Source: Octopus sinensis | Lineage: Eukaryota | Length of the DNA: 64,000 nucleotides | Reading direction: 5' to 3' | NCBI RefSeq assembly: GCF_006345805.1 | Contig: NC_043002.1 | Span: 22,816,001-22,880,000, forward strand | Part shown: positions 41,216 to 54,095 of the stretch, piece after piece | Layout: each line of letters opens with the position of its first letter | Position numbering within the stretch: the stretch's first letter is position 1 | Notes under the pieces: generated by a model | Seen by the model: only the letters and a program-made list of their open reading frames with translations | Database searches by the model: none | What the model was told of the DNA's origin: nothing | Position numbers and translations under genes: made by a program

Positions 41216-42184
41216 ATATAAATTTATATATGAGGATAATATCGATATTTAAGTGTCGAAATTATCAAGTGGCCAGCATGAAAGAAATACCTTACAAAGG
41301 TAAAAAAAATTTTAACAATTAAAAATGAGGGTGTCTAAAAGACACCAACATGCCGAAATGGCAGTCGAAACTCTGACTATAAAACCACGTTAAATGTTCA
41401 TATCGCACCATGAGGTAAAGCGGAGGGACAAAACATACAAGCAAAAATTATTGAATAATTCAAGATCCAAGGATTTCTGGTTCTGCTTTAGATAAGCTTT
41501 ACCGTCATCAATTGAATATATCAAGGGTACATAAATACAGATATATATATGCACAGCAAACGATATACTTACATATACGAGCGCCGTACATACATGGTGC
41601 TTTACCTCATGGTGCGATATGAACATTTAACGTGGTTTTATAGTCAGAGTTTCGACTGCTATTTCGGCATGTTGGTGTCTTTTAGACACCCTCATTTTTA
41701 ATTGTTAAAAATTTTTTTACCTTTGTAAGGTATTTCTTTCATGCTGGCTACTTGATAATTTCGACACTCAAATATCGATATTATCCTCATATATAAATTT
41801 ATATAATTCGTTATTATATTCACTGCGGTGCTTATTTTAACCACATCGTACTTATGCGGTGATTTGGCGGGCGATTCAAACTGGCTGGGTCCATACGTGC
41901 ATATGTATGTATGTACGGCGCTCGTATATGTAAGTATATCGTTTGCTGTGCATATATATATCTGTATTTATGTACCCTTGATATATTCAATTGATGACGG
42001 TAAAGCTTATCTAAAGCAGAACCAGAAATCCTTGGATCTTGAATTATTCAATAATTTTTGCTTGTATGTTTTGTCCCTCCGCTTTACCTCATGGTGCGAT
42101 ATGAACATTTAACGTGGTTTTATAGTCAGAGTTTCGACTGCTATTTCGGCATGTTGGTGTCTTTTAGACACCCTCATTTTTAAT
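41216..42184. repeat. Nested inverted duplications (A-B-A'-C-B'-partial A')
   Basis: A ~41216-41421 vs A' ~41599-41805; B ~41411-41595 vs B' ~41906-42092; A' repeats partially to 42184. Confidence 0.9.
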
Positions 42185-42442
42185 TATGTATATATATATA
42201 CGAGCATTGTAGCGTTGTTTAATGTCGAGCGAATGAGGAGAAGCGAGTGCTAAGTATATGTTGTAGAGGACGAGTTCTTTTTTTTTAAATTAAAACCGAA
42301 GAAGCCGAGAGTTTGTTTATGGACTCGAATTTCATGTCACGGTGATCTTAACTTGTGAGATTAGCAGTGGCTTGAAACTAGACAAACCCTAAGCGTCACA
42401 TACACCGTTTTCATGTTTTCATTCCGTTTCCATCTTCTCTAG

Positions 42443-42628
42443 TGCAGAAACTACTTCGCTAACCAACTTGAGGAGGATGATTGTTTGTTCAATAAAGCCG
42501 AGCAAGATGCCTTGTTCTACCGACTCGATGACATCGTATTATCAGTAGAGTTTTACCATATGAATTTATCGCGGCTTCTGAAAAAGTGGTCCCTCAACAC
42601 CAGGCTCTCCTTGGCTTTTGAGGATACC
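42443..42628 (+). CDS. BCR/ABR-like gene, exon C (DH)
   Basis: cttctctag|TGC...ACC|gtaagt, 186 nt, phase 0/0; EQDALFYRLDDIV...LLKKWSLNTRLSLAFEDT resembles the BCR segment IFFKVPEL...QQWSHQQRVGDLF. Confidence 0.87.
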
Positions 42629-43021
42629 GTAAGTATCACAAAGTGTTCCTTTGTTTTAATTTATTTTTGGTTTAATCACTGGACTGCGGCCATGCTGGGG
42701 CACTTCACTGAAGTACCATATCTTAAATACGGTACTTATTACATCAGTCTCTTCAGCCGAACTGCTGCTAAGTTAAGGGGACTTAATCAAACGAATACCG
42801 GTTGTCAAGCGATGCAAGTACAAGCACAGAAATGCTCTCACAGATGTATGTATGTATGTATGTATGTACATACGTTCGTATGTATGTATATTTATGACGG
42901 GTTTCTACAGTCTTTCTGTATACCAATTTCACTCACAAAGCATTGGACTTTAGGTATAAGATACTTCCCCAAGGTGCCATGCAATGGTGCTGAACTCGAA
43001 AGCACGTGGATTCGTCATTTA

Positions 43022-44272
43022 CAAGGGACGTTCAATAAGTAATGCCCCTGACCCACTTGCCTTTGTTTAATGTAGCTGAAATTTTGCATGTGCAATTATA
43101 TATATCTCTATAGATTAAGTTGCAAATTATAGCTCTGAACTAATTGTGGTTTCTGATTTATAGGTGTTTGAACTGAGTCACGTGTGAAATGGAGCCTGTT
43201 GAGTGTCGAGTAGTGATCCGGTTTTTGTATTTGAAAGGACGCACGCCACGGGAGACTTTTGATGAAATGAAAGTAACTTATGGTGATGATGCCCCATCAT
43301 ATGACCTTGTAAAACGCTGGCATCGTGAATTCAAACATGGTCGGAACTCTGTGGAAACAGCTCTCAAATCTGGTCGCCCCCCTTCTGCCATTGATGAAGC
43401 AATTGTCCGTCAAGTTGAGGCTGCCATTTTGGAAAAATGGGCTATTCGCCAAATAGCCCATGAGGTCAAGATTAGTACCGGGTCTGTGGAAACTATCATT
43501 CATGACCATTTGCATATGCAAAAGGTGTCTGCCAGATGGATTTCCAGGTTGATAACACCTTTCCAGAAGCAAGAACGCGTCGAGTGCTCGAGGATGAATT
43601 TGGAGATGTGCCAAGAAAATGAGTCAAAATTTTCAAAAGACTGATTAAACAGGATGAAACCTGGGTCCATCACTATCATCCAGAGAACAAAACCCAGTCA
43701 ATGCAATGGAAGCACCGTGACTCACCTCCTCCAGAGAAGGCAAGGGTGCAGCTCTCCGCTAGTAAGGTCATGCTCACAGCCTTCTGGGATCAGGACGGAG
43801 TAGTGATGACAGATTTCCTGGCAAAGGGTACCACAATTACAGGAGCCTATTATGCTTCACTTTTGAGGAAATTAAGAGAAGCTATCAAAATCAAGAGGCG
43901 GTGCAAGATCAGCAAAGGCACCCTCCTCCTGCAGGACAACGCTCCAGTCCACAACTCGCGTGTCGTCACATCAGAAGCACAGGCGTGCGGCTATGAACTC
44001 CTCTGATTTTCACCTCTTCCCAGCCATGAAGTTGCTTTTGAAAGGAAAGCGTTTCCCAGATGATGCAGCCTTGATTTCTGAAGTCACGTCGTGGTTGGAG
44101 GACCAAGCTGGGGTCTTCTACAAAAACGGTCTCCAGAGCTACATCAAACGATGGGAGAAATGCGTAACTCTGGGTGGTTCTTATGTAGAAAAAGACTAAT
44201 AACTGTGCCAAGTTTCGTTGCTCTACTGCTATGGGAAGTGGGTCAGGGGCATTACTTATTGAACGCCCCTCG
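43022..44272 (+). mobile_element. Near-complete mariner transposon (same family as 35983-37272)
   Basis: Same TIRs, TA-flanked; ORFs 43189..43644, 43701..44006 and 43960..44199 give a frameshifted transposase with an internal deletion. Confidence 0.95.
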
Positions 44273-45127
44273 TATAACTTATATTTATCCCATGTCATTT
44301 ACTAAGTTATTACAATACAAATAAATTATATTATTTAAAGCCTTTATCGCAGTCAGTGTTAATATTCATATCGCAAATGAACCATTTTGTGCAATACTTC
44401 TACTCAGCTGAGTTTACGAAAAGTACGTCGGTATCTTGTTTAATGCGTAACACTAAACTGTGATATTTTCCTCCTAATTAGTGTAAGTTGGGAAAATACG
44501 TCCACATGTCTTGCTAAGAGCATAATAGTATTCCTGTAGACTTAAAACTTAACGTACACTCAAGACATATACAAATCTAAATTTTGCTTTTAAAATTGGT
44601 GAGTTGAGTTGACCTGGGCTATTCCTGAGAATCATGACTTATAGCCAGGGATATACCCTATGAATATCCCGTACTACTTTTTCTGAAATATGCTTGGGCC
44701 CAAGATAAGAGATTGAGATAGAAATAGATAATTGTTTGTCGGATTACTTCGTTAAGGTTAATGTAGGGCTGCGAATTTAAGCACCTCTGTACTAGGATGT
44801 CTTTGTTGACGAGAGCAATTACCATCACACTCACCACCACACGAATGCTTTGTCAGTTTTACCACCACCTCTACAATCAACACCACTGTACGTACGACTA
44901 CCGCCACCACTACGATCACTAGTTTTACCACCATCAAAGACACTACCACAGCCGCAGTCATTACTATTTATCACTGCAAACATCGCACTCAAAAACGAAA
45001 TGTTTCGTCATAGGTAGGCGTTAGTTTCTTGACTTTAACACTATCATCTCCGGCAAGAACACAACTGCTCTGTTGCTCGTGGCTTCTCTTTGATATCACA
45101 TTCATCATCATCACCTTCAGCAGCAGC

Positions 45128-45420
45128 AGGAGGTGCAATGGCCCAGTGGTTAGGGCAGCGGATTCGCGGTCGGAGGATCGCGGTTTCGATTCCCAGACCG
45201 AGCGTTGCGTGTGTTTATTGAGCGAAAACACCTAAAACTCCACGACGCTCCGGCAGGGGGTGGTGGCGACCCCTGTTGTACTCTTTCGCTCCAACTTTCT
45301 CTCACTATTTCTTCCTGCTTCTTGTCCTCGACTTCCAACGCAACCGCTGAGCCTGGATGCGCATTCATCCATCCGTCGATGCTCTCGGTGTTGGGGTTGA
45401 CCTGCTTTCTCTTCTGCGGG
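45128..45420 (+). mobile_element. SINE with tRNA-like head
   Basis: ggaggtgcaatggcccagtggttagggcagcgg...ggtttcgattccc (A/B boxes); same head at 49453 and 54822. Confidence 0.8.
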
Positions 45421-45887
45421 TCTTACGAATAGCAAAGGACCACGTTTCGGACTTCTCCCATCTTGCGAGCTCTGGGACGAAGACCGTTCGCTCAACGGCA
45501 ACAGCAACAGCTACAGCAGCAACAGCAGTAGTAGTAGCAGCAGCAGAAGAGTCACACCATCATTATCGTTGTCGTCATTGTCGTCGTTGTGTTCATCGTC
45601 ATCATCTGTATCATCATTACAATCCTCACCATTATTATCAGCGACTGTATCCATTTGCTTAATAATATTCTCACATCACAACATTGAAAAAACACAGTAC
45701 ATTCCGTGCTGACTCTAACAATACCGAAACATACTTAAAGTTGTCGTTCGTACTTGCCGAAATTTGATTCTCTAAGTAATACTGACTTTACTACAACACA
45801 TAAGTATTTCTAATCAGAATCTTCAAGCTTACTGCATTAATAATGTTAACTACCATATCAAATAGTTGTACCTCTTAACATTTTCAG

Positions 45888-45995
45888 CTTAATTCTTTAC
45901 CATTGTTCCACGACTGTGCCGACCATTTCAAGGAAGCCGAAAAAATAATTTTGGCAAAGGGGGGTGCCGACGTAGTTAACGATCTTATCCGAGAG
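45888..45995 (+). CDS. BCR/ABR-like gene, exon D (DH)
   Basis: acattttcag|CTT...GAG|gtaaga, 108 nt, phase 0/0: LNSLPLFHDCADHFKEAEKIILAKGGADVVNDLIRE. Confidence 0.85.
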
Positions 45996-46205
45996 GTAAG
46001 ATTTTTCATGTTTAATTGATATTTTTTGTTCGTTTTGATTATCTTTCTTTTATCTTTTAGCATTTGCTTGTTTCAGTCATTACACTGAGGCCATACTGGA
46101 GTACCACCTTCAGAAGCTTTGGTCGTCCTCTTTTAATGTCTTGCTAGTTATCAGTTACTACTCAGTTTCTAATTGTCATAATTCTTCCAATGCAAAGAAT
46201 TCACC

Positions 46206-46243
<38 letters not shown>

Positions 46244-46499
46244 ACTACTACTACTACTACTACTTCTGCCACCACCACAACTATCACTATAAGCACCACT
46301 GCTACAACTACCATTCTTACCTCTACTACCACAACCACCACCACCACTACTACCACCACTACTATTACCATCGTTACGTCTACTGCCACCACCACTAATA
46401 CCACAACCACCATCACGACTACCACTAGTATTAATAATAATCCTTTCTATTAGAAGCACAAGGCCTCAGATTTGGGGGACTAAGGTAACACCCTTTATT

Positions 46500-46887
46500 T
46501 TTCGGGCACCATCCGGAGTATTCAAGTGATTCCAAGTAGTGCTGTTATCTGCAAGCACTCCACCCTTATTTCAACCCCTATTTGTTCCTTATTACTTCTC
46601 AAGAGTTTTACTCACTGTCCCCAGGGTTCCAACAATTATCGGTACTACTACCACCTTTTTCATCGACCACAACTGCTTAATCTCCCAAGCTAACCTGTCA
46701 TATCTATCGACTTTTCCTTCTTCCTTATCGCATACCTTGTTGTTAGCTTGGCATGCTATATCTATAATCCAGCACCGTTTGCTTTCTTTCTCAATTAACA
46801 CTATGTCTGGTTTCCTATTCTCTATCTCATGGTCGCACTGAATCATAAAATCCCATGGGATTATCATTTTCGACCATACCTTCGGGT

Positions 46888-46890
<3 letters not shown>
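46500..46890 (-). mobile_element. R4/Dong-like RLE LINE fragment
   Basis: WDFMIQCDHEIENRKPDIVLIEKESKRCWIIDIAC...VPIIVGTLG, a PD..D endonuclease motif; adjoins a (TTA)n tract. Confidence 0.85.
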
Positions 46891-46931
<41 letters not shown>

Positions 46932-46949
46932 GTTATTATTTATCTCCAG

Positions 46950-46980
46950 GAAATACCATTTCTTGACATTCCATTTTCAG
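46950..46980 (+). CDS. BCR/ABR-like gene, 31-nt micro-exon E
   Basis: tatctccag|GAA ATA CCA TTT CTT GAC ATT CCA TTT TCA G|gtaagt, phase 0 to 1; needed to bridge exons D and F. Confidence 0.8.
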
Positions 46981-48582
46981 GTAAGTCTTTATTTTGGCTT
47001 CTATGGAACTAAGAACATATTCTGGGGAATCTGTTAGGCCGATTACAGTATTTTAAGCCTGGCCAGAAATCAAATAATTTTGAAAATGATATTCATAGAA
47101 GTAGCAAAGTATTTTTTTTCTTGTGATAAAAAAAGATCTAGAAACCAAATATATAAGATCGGATGAAATTTATATTAAATCCTGAAATAACATGTTTAAT
47201 TCTTCATTGAATGGGTAAATAATTTGAATTAATTACAATAATTGATATAAGAACGATATCAATATATGCCGTTGCTTTTGCTAAATAATTTCATTAACCC
47301 ATTAGCACCAGAAGGATAATCCATCATATTTATGTAACACCTGTAGTTTTCTGAGATATCTTTAGTTAGTCATCAAGACTGGAGTTTCTTTCAAATATTG
47401 TAATAAAATTCTTTTATATATTTAGTATCAGATAAAGTTGTATAAAGAAAAGATTTTTGGTAATAAATCAAATCAAAAAAATTGGGGCACTAATGGGTTA
47501 AATTTTCTACGTAATAAGTTTTTTTTTTTTTTTTTTTGGTGTTGTAGTCTTTGATTATCTCCAGATCAGACCCAACCGAGCAGATCTATGATGAAAATCG
47601 TTTTGGCTGTCACTACAGCAATCTCCCTCTTAAGTACGGAACTTCAACCTAACCGCTTGTGCGTACTAGCCGGTAGGTACGTTCATAGCAATAGCGGTAG
47701 CAAATCAGTTGCGCGAATGTATGTGTGCAGCCAGTCACAGTAAGGCTCACGCATGCACACGGTTTTAGATCATATTTATCATCTTTCCTGTCAGTTTTCT
47801 CCATGATGTCAAGCAAAGGAAAGGGGAAGTGTTTGAATGAAAGAGAAAGCGTTGTCGTAGAATAAATCGATGATAAACTTGAACCTGAGATTCATGAAGA
47901 TTTTACGCGTACTTATCTGGGATTCCTACTTAAATGGGTGTGTACTTGACCGGGATGTTACTGTATATCACTCTTTATGTTCTTTGTAAAGGAGCTAGGA
48001 TGTAATTTAGTGAAGGTGTTTTGCTTAGTGATTAGGACGTTCGGTTTATGATTGTAAAGTCGTGAAATTGATTCTTGACCACAAGGTACGTAGTGTTCTT
48101 GAACAAGACACTTCAGTTCACGTTGTCCCATTCTACCTCGCTGTAAATTAGCACTGGCCAGGGTGTTGGTGCAATCCTCTCTCCCCTTTCGGCTGTTCCG
48201 CTGTGTCAAGGATCAGGAAAAGGTGAAGGTATCACGACTACACAGGCACTTAAAACAATTAGTGAAAGCATGGTGTATCTTACTAAGCTATACTGTCCGG
48301 GCATGGTGTTTGTCTGTAATGTACGTAGGATCTTTTATGATGGAGATTTAAATACTATTTCTAGATGACCGTGCGATGTCATTGAAGCTCTTCCTTTTCG
48401 TTCTGCACGCCCATATTATAGACAGTAGGAAATTATATCTTTTAGAGACATCGTAAAGTTCATGCAAAAGTGTTTGTGGAATCATGCATGCTATTTAACA
48501 ACATCACATTCACAATTATTGGTTACCTTTCTGTAGATGATATTCAAATCAATTAGAAGACATTACTGGATTTTGACAAAAC

Positions 48583-50511
48583 TGTTATAATGTGGATCCT
48601 CGTCCATTTGTATGTTGCCGTTGGCACTGTAATATTCTTGTCGCCACTATTATGTTGTGGCGGTATTCCGCGTCTTATTATTTTTGACACGTCTATCGTG
48701 CTATCGTTGATAGTTCCGCCAGCCAATGACCTTGAAACATCTACCTTGACTCGTTCAAAATGCAATTAGACACTACCCGTGTTTAATTGCATTTTGATAC
48801 TAGTAGCTTCGATTCTCACCTTGATGAATTTTCTTTTCATTGTATTTACTTTTTTCTCTGATGACAAACTATTTTTTCTCGTTTGGTCCAATTTTTCGTC
48901 ATTGCGATTTCATGTGTCCTGTGTTCCAACATAAAAAAAACACTTCGCTTTTTTGAAAGGACTGTCTTTCCTCAGGTGCCTACCACCACATGACATACAT
49001 GGCTTTATCTCCTAGTATATATCCGTCTTCCGACACTTCCACACTGATTTTATCTGTAAACAGTCTCTGCGTTAGATTTCTTCTGTATCATGCCTTACCT
49101 TTAATATCATATCGCACTCTTCTGACAGTTTCTGGAGAGCTATATCCTGGTTCATTTCCAGCTTTGCGAGAATTTTCGTTCTGACTTCTGCGTTTTTTTC
49201 AACAGTAATTCCCTGAGCAAAAACCAGGCACTTGAACAAGTCTGGAGTTAGCTTATCTAGTTTAAATCTTTCGCACTCTCTGTTATATGGTAAAGTATTC
49301 GTCATCGCTTTTCTCAGTGTTCAAACACTTCAAATGTGTGTTGACCAACGATGCTTTTTCACTAAATATCCTGCTTAGAATGTTAATTGTGACTGTGAAA
49401 TTTATGTCAGAAACTTTTTTAGGCAATATAAAGTTACAGTATTTCTCATGCGTGGAGGTGCAATGGCCCAGTGGTTAGGACAGCGGACTCGCGGTCGGAG
49501 GATCGCGGTTTCGATTCCCAGATAGGGTGTTGTGTATGTTTATTAAGCGAAAACACCTAAAGCTCCACGAGACTCCGGCAGTGGGTGGTGGCGACCCCTG
49601 TTGTACTCCTTCGCCCCAACTTCTCACTCTTTCTTCTTATTTCTTGAGTAACGCTGCGATGGACTGGCGTCCCGTCCAGCTGGGAAAAACACATACGCCA
49701 CAGAAACCAGAAAACCGGGCCCATGAGCCTGGCTAAGCTTGAAAAAGGCGAAAAAAATTTTTTATGAAGCCCTATCGTCGCCAGTTTCCTCAGAATTAGA
49801 CGCATTTTCATTTCGTCCGTCCAATTTTGGCATTCCTTTTCGAAAATTTGTTCAAATCTTTGGTAATATGCCACGAAAGTGATTCTTTCATCCGGGTCGT
49901 ATTTAAATTCATTTATTGAATTTGCTACATGGTCTAGCGAAAACGTATTTTTCGCTTTTATTATCAACTTCATTAGTTGTAGCATTTGTTTTGGTCTTCT
50001 TGTTGTGTGAGTTGTTGTTATGCTGTTTTTGCAATTCAACTAAACCTTCTAATAAGTTTTCCATAATTTTACGGATTTTTCGTAGAATATATATATATAT
50101 ATATATATAACAAAAATGTTTGTTACTCCCCCGTCGAGTTTTTAATTTCTCGACGTGTGAAAACTTTGCGACGTCGTCTGCGTGAATTGTTTATATCCAA
50201 GTCGCCACTATTATAATGTAGATCCTCGTCTACTTGTATGTTGTCCTCGGCACTGTAAGATTCTTGTCACCACTATTATGTTGTAGAGGTATTCCGAATC
50301 TTATTATCTTTGACTCGTCTATCGTGTTATCGCTGATAGTTCCGCAAGACAACGACTTTGTAACATCTACTTTGACGGTAACTCGAACTCGAATATATCA
50401 CGTAATTAACTCTGACTTCAACTGAGAACTCGTACAACGACTTTACTACTACTGAACTCCTACAACGACTGACTGTTACGTGGGAAAGTGTGTACCATTT
50501 TCACTACAACA
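48583..50511 (-). mobile_element. Internally deleted LTR retrotransposon (gag only)
   Basis: TG...CA ends, 5-bp TSD AAAAC (48578-48582, 50512-50516); LTR similarity 48585-48750 vs 50211-50376; PBS-like TGGCGAC near 50207; gag pieces 49557..50039 and 49072..49305; CCHC remnant ~48900-48975. Confidence 0.9.
49453..49745 (+). mobile_element. tRNA-derived SINE with V-domain-like core, nested in the LTR element
   Basis: tRNA-like head, then gctgcgatggactggcgtcccgtccag; interrupts the gag frame. Confidence 0.75.
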
Positions 50512-50669
50512 AAAACACTAATAACACCATATGGATTAACGAAAAGATTAATAAATAACATTGCACATATTAATTGGAAAAGGACAAACAACGAAATCAC
50601 ATTTATTTTTAAATTTTGGAATCTTGTGGCAAATTTGTAATATTCATTTTATCTATTTTTATCTTGTAG

Positions 50670-50722
50670 ATTTAATTCAATTTCCTATAACCATGAGAAG
50701 TAGAATTATTTACGGCCTAAAG
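50670..50722 (+). CDS. BCR/ABR-like gene, exon F (DH CR3)
   Basis: tatcttgtag|AT TTA ATT CAA TTT CCT...AAG|gtcagt, 53 nt, phase 1 to 0: (D)LIQFPITMRSRIIYGLK, at the LL.KP.QR position. Confidence 0.8.
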
Positions 50723-51009
50723 GTCAGTTATACATACATCATGTATTCATAACTTTAGCTGAAGATCACGCAATGTAGTAGATGAAACGCTACAGCGAGT
50801 CTGAGACATTCAGTTTCAAATCTCACCTGTAGCGGAATCTTGCTGCATTTCACTTTAGATATTCGATAAATTATGTGGTGTCTGTCAAGTACTGGAGTCA
50901 ATATAATCGATTAAATCTTTTCTTAAAGCCACTAAACTTAGGGCATATTGCAATATGTCCTTGCTCATATCAATTTTGAGGCGTGGAGTCGATTACAACA
51001 ACAGCCCTG

Positions 51010-51417
51010 GGATCTTTTCAGTTTTTCTAGCGATATCATATGAAATTGTCACCCATAATTATGACCCTAGTATCGATCTATTGCATTTCAATCAGTTTTA
51101 GGATTAGGGTTAGGGTTAGGGGTGGGGGGAAGGGTATCTTTTTTTTCTTCACAAATGTAAATAAACCCAATCTCTTTCTGAAACGAGGGACATATTCATA
51201 CGGCACAGAATGTTTTCACCTCAATAGACGTCACTGATTGGTTGAAATTGCAGAAATTGAAGAAAAAACAACAAATATCTTACAAACTATAGAATTTTCT
51301 CAATAAAGCCAAGAGAAAAAGATGTTTTATAAACACATTCTACCAGTATACGAAGTTTAAAAGTGTTTAGTTACGTGGAAATTATTTTAAAAACTGCCGT
51401 TCAAACTGAAGAGATCC
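51010..51417. mobile_element. GGATC-ended MITE with TTAGGG tract
   Basis: Ends GGATCTTT...GAGATCC; flanks cagccctg / tagccctg (7/8 TSD match). Confidence 0.85.
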
Positions 51418-51980
51418 TAGCCCTGTTCAACTAGTAATTGTTTTGTCGCCCCGGAAAAGGTAAAGGCAAAATAGATCTTAGCGGGATTTGAAATCCAAAC
51501 ATTTTGCCCAACGATTCTGCCAACTCACCAAGTTTAGTAAAATTAACATGTTTCTAAACATTTTAAACTTGCCCACTACCATAACGAAGAAATGCATAAA
51601 CGGATGACACCTTAGTTGTATTCCCTACTACTTTAAGACAAAAAAGTAGGAACAATAAATCTCTCATTAATGATAATGGTGGTAAATGAGGTATGTACTA
51701 GTTCCAGATTCACCGGTTAGCGGTATTTCGTCTGTCTTTACGTTTTGAGTTCGAATTCCACCGAGGCCGACTTTGCTTCTCATCCTTTCGGGGTCGATAA
51801 ATTAAGTACCAGTTGCGTACTGGGTCGATCTAATCGACTACCCCCACCCCCGCTCAAAAATATTGGCATTTCTTCCAGGTCTAATGACCCAACCACTTAG
51901 ACTTAACTTCATTAGAGCTCATAGCGGATACCTCCAAAATTCGATATTCTCTTATATTTAAATATTGGATTGGAGGTCAG

Positions 51981-52396
51981 GGATCTTTTCGGTTTGAACG
52001 GCAGTTTTTTCTAGCGGTGTCGTATGAAATTGTCACCCATAATTATGACCCTAGTATCGATCTATTGCATTTCTATCTGTTTTAGGGTTAGGGTTAGGGT
52101 TAGGGGTGGGGAGAAGGGTATCTTTTTTTCTTCACAACTGTAAATAAACCCAATCTGTTTCTTAAACGAGGGACATATTCATACGGCACAGAATGCTTTT
52201 TACCTCAATAGACGTAATTGATTGGTTGAAATTGCAGAAATTGAAGAAAAAAACAACAAATATCTTACAAACTATAGAATTTTCTCAATAAAGCCAAGAG
52301 AAAAAGATGTTTTATAAAAACACATCCTACCAGTATAAAATGTTTTAGTTACCTAGAAATTTATGTTAAAAACTGCCGTTCAAACCGAAAAGATCC
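51981..52396. mobile_element. GGATC-ended MITE with (TTAGGG)n tract
   Basis: TIR GGATCTTTTCGGTTTGAACGGCAGTTTTT; perfect 8-bp TSD GAGGTCAG. Confidence 0.92.
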
Positions 52397-52490
52397 GAGG
52401 TCAGACTAATGTTAAATACACTGCTCCCTCACGCGATTTTTATATGCCTTCTCTTTTTAAATTTTTTTTTTAATTTTCTATATTTTCTAG

Positions 52491-52595
52491 CAAATGGCTA
52501 AGTACATTCCTCCGGATAAACGAGACTACATGGAAATGAGGCTGGCTGTGCAATCTGCAATGGCAATTGATGGTGTTCGTCAACCACGTGGTGAT
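52491..52595 (+). CDS. BCR/ABR-like gene, exon G (end of DH)
   Basis: tattttctag|CAA...GAT|gtatgg, 105 nt, phase 0/0: QMAKYIPPDKRDYMEMRLAVQSAMAIDGVRQPRGD, like KHTP..HPD...L..A. Confidence 0.82.
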
Positions 52596-52629
52596 GTATG
52601 GAGTCTCTGATTCTCTCTCTCCTGCCCTC

Positions 52630-52702
<73 letters not shown>

Positions 52703-52852
52703 TTATCACTATTTTGTCCTCTCTTTCTCTCTCCTTTCATAAAAATACAAGGACAAATTCATCGTTAAGATACTAGGAAACAAAAATCAAGCTATATATG
52801 TAAAATGAATAGGCCTTAATGCGTACATACATAGACACGTACAAACATATGA

Positions 52853-52937
<85 letters not shown>

Positions 52938-52958
52938 TAGATAGATAGATAGATAGAT

Positions 52959-53017
<59 letters not shown>

Positions 53018-54047
53018 TTCATTTTGTCAAACGGTCTCTTAATTTCAGCCAGATATTGCGATTTTCTAACTTCTCAACTCTGCATTCTCTACACTTCTAA
53101 CCATTTCTTTTCCTTCGTATCCTCATTATTTATCAAACGGTTTCTTAATTTCGGCCAGATATTGCGATTTTGTGTGTGTCTGTCTGCCTATCTGTCTGTC
53201 TGTGTGCGTGTGTTTGCATGTGTTTGTCTGTTTGTGTGTCTATGTGTGCACGTCTGTGCGTGTGTGCGTGTGTATGTGCGTGTGCACGCGTTTGAGTATG
53301 CGCGCGCTCGATTGTGTGTTCATTCTGTTCTACATCCAATGAAAATATTCATTAATTGTATTGCTCATCGCCTTCTGTGACAGATCTTTCCATCCTAACT
53401 GTAAAACAGTTTTTGCTGGGGCTTTCTCCTTGGCAGCAGAGCTTATAATGACAATTTCCCCCATATAAAACAATACGTTTCGTTCAAGTTTATATCGCTC
53501 ATTCATTATGCTATTATTTTCGTCAACGGTCAATCGACAACACCAACTGAGTCCATCGATTTTGAAATGTAACAATCCACTGTCCAATCAGCTTTAAACA
53601 TTTATTTGATTATTTGCCGACTAAATCTCTGCATTATTAAAATCATTGCGTTGTTATAAAAAATCAGTTCTGTCTGATGATCGGTTACTTGAAAAGCAGA
53701 GTAAAGGTTGCTAAAATGTTCAGCCTCATATATGCATGTGTCCGTGCACCCGTGCGTTTGGGTACGAGTGTGTGTGTGTGCGAGAGAGAGAGAGAGAGTC
53801 AGTGAGTGCGTGTGTGCGCGCGTGTGCGTGAAGACAAGCAGTGGACTAAAATGTGAGCAATCAAAACCGTTTTGCTGGATTAATAACTTCCCTTGATACG
53901 TTGATTGGTTCTTATGCGATACCAATGGTTTCATGTAGATTCTTAGCAATTTTATAGATTTATATATATATAGGTATGTTTGATAAGTGCCAGCGCACGA
54001 AACTCTCGGACCTTGTGTCACTCTGTTACTTTTGCTAAATATTAATA

Positions 54048-54095
<48 letters not shown>

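Noticed and set aside
48030-48580. Candidate DH/PH exons (SVYDCKVV..., MIFKSIRRHYW...)
   Set aside because: Phases are incompatible or stops intervene; part is a degenerate SINE, and the exon at 50670 fits the chain.
53330-53587. 85-aa minus-strand ORF
   Set aside because: No recognisable motif or convincing splice sites; antisense within a BCR-like intron.
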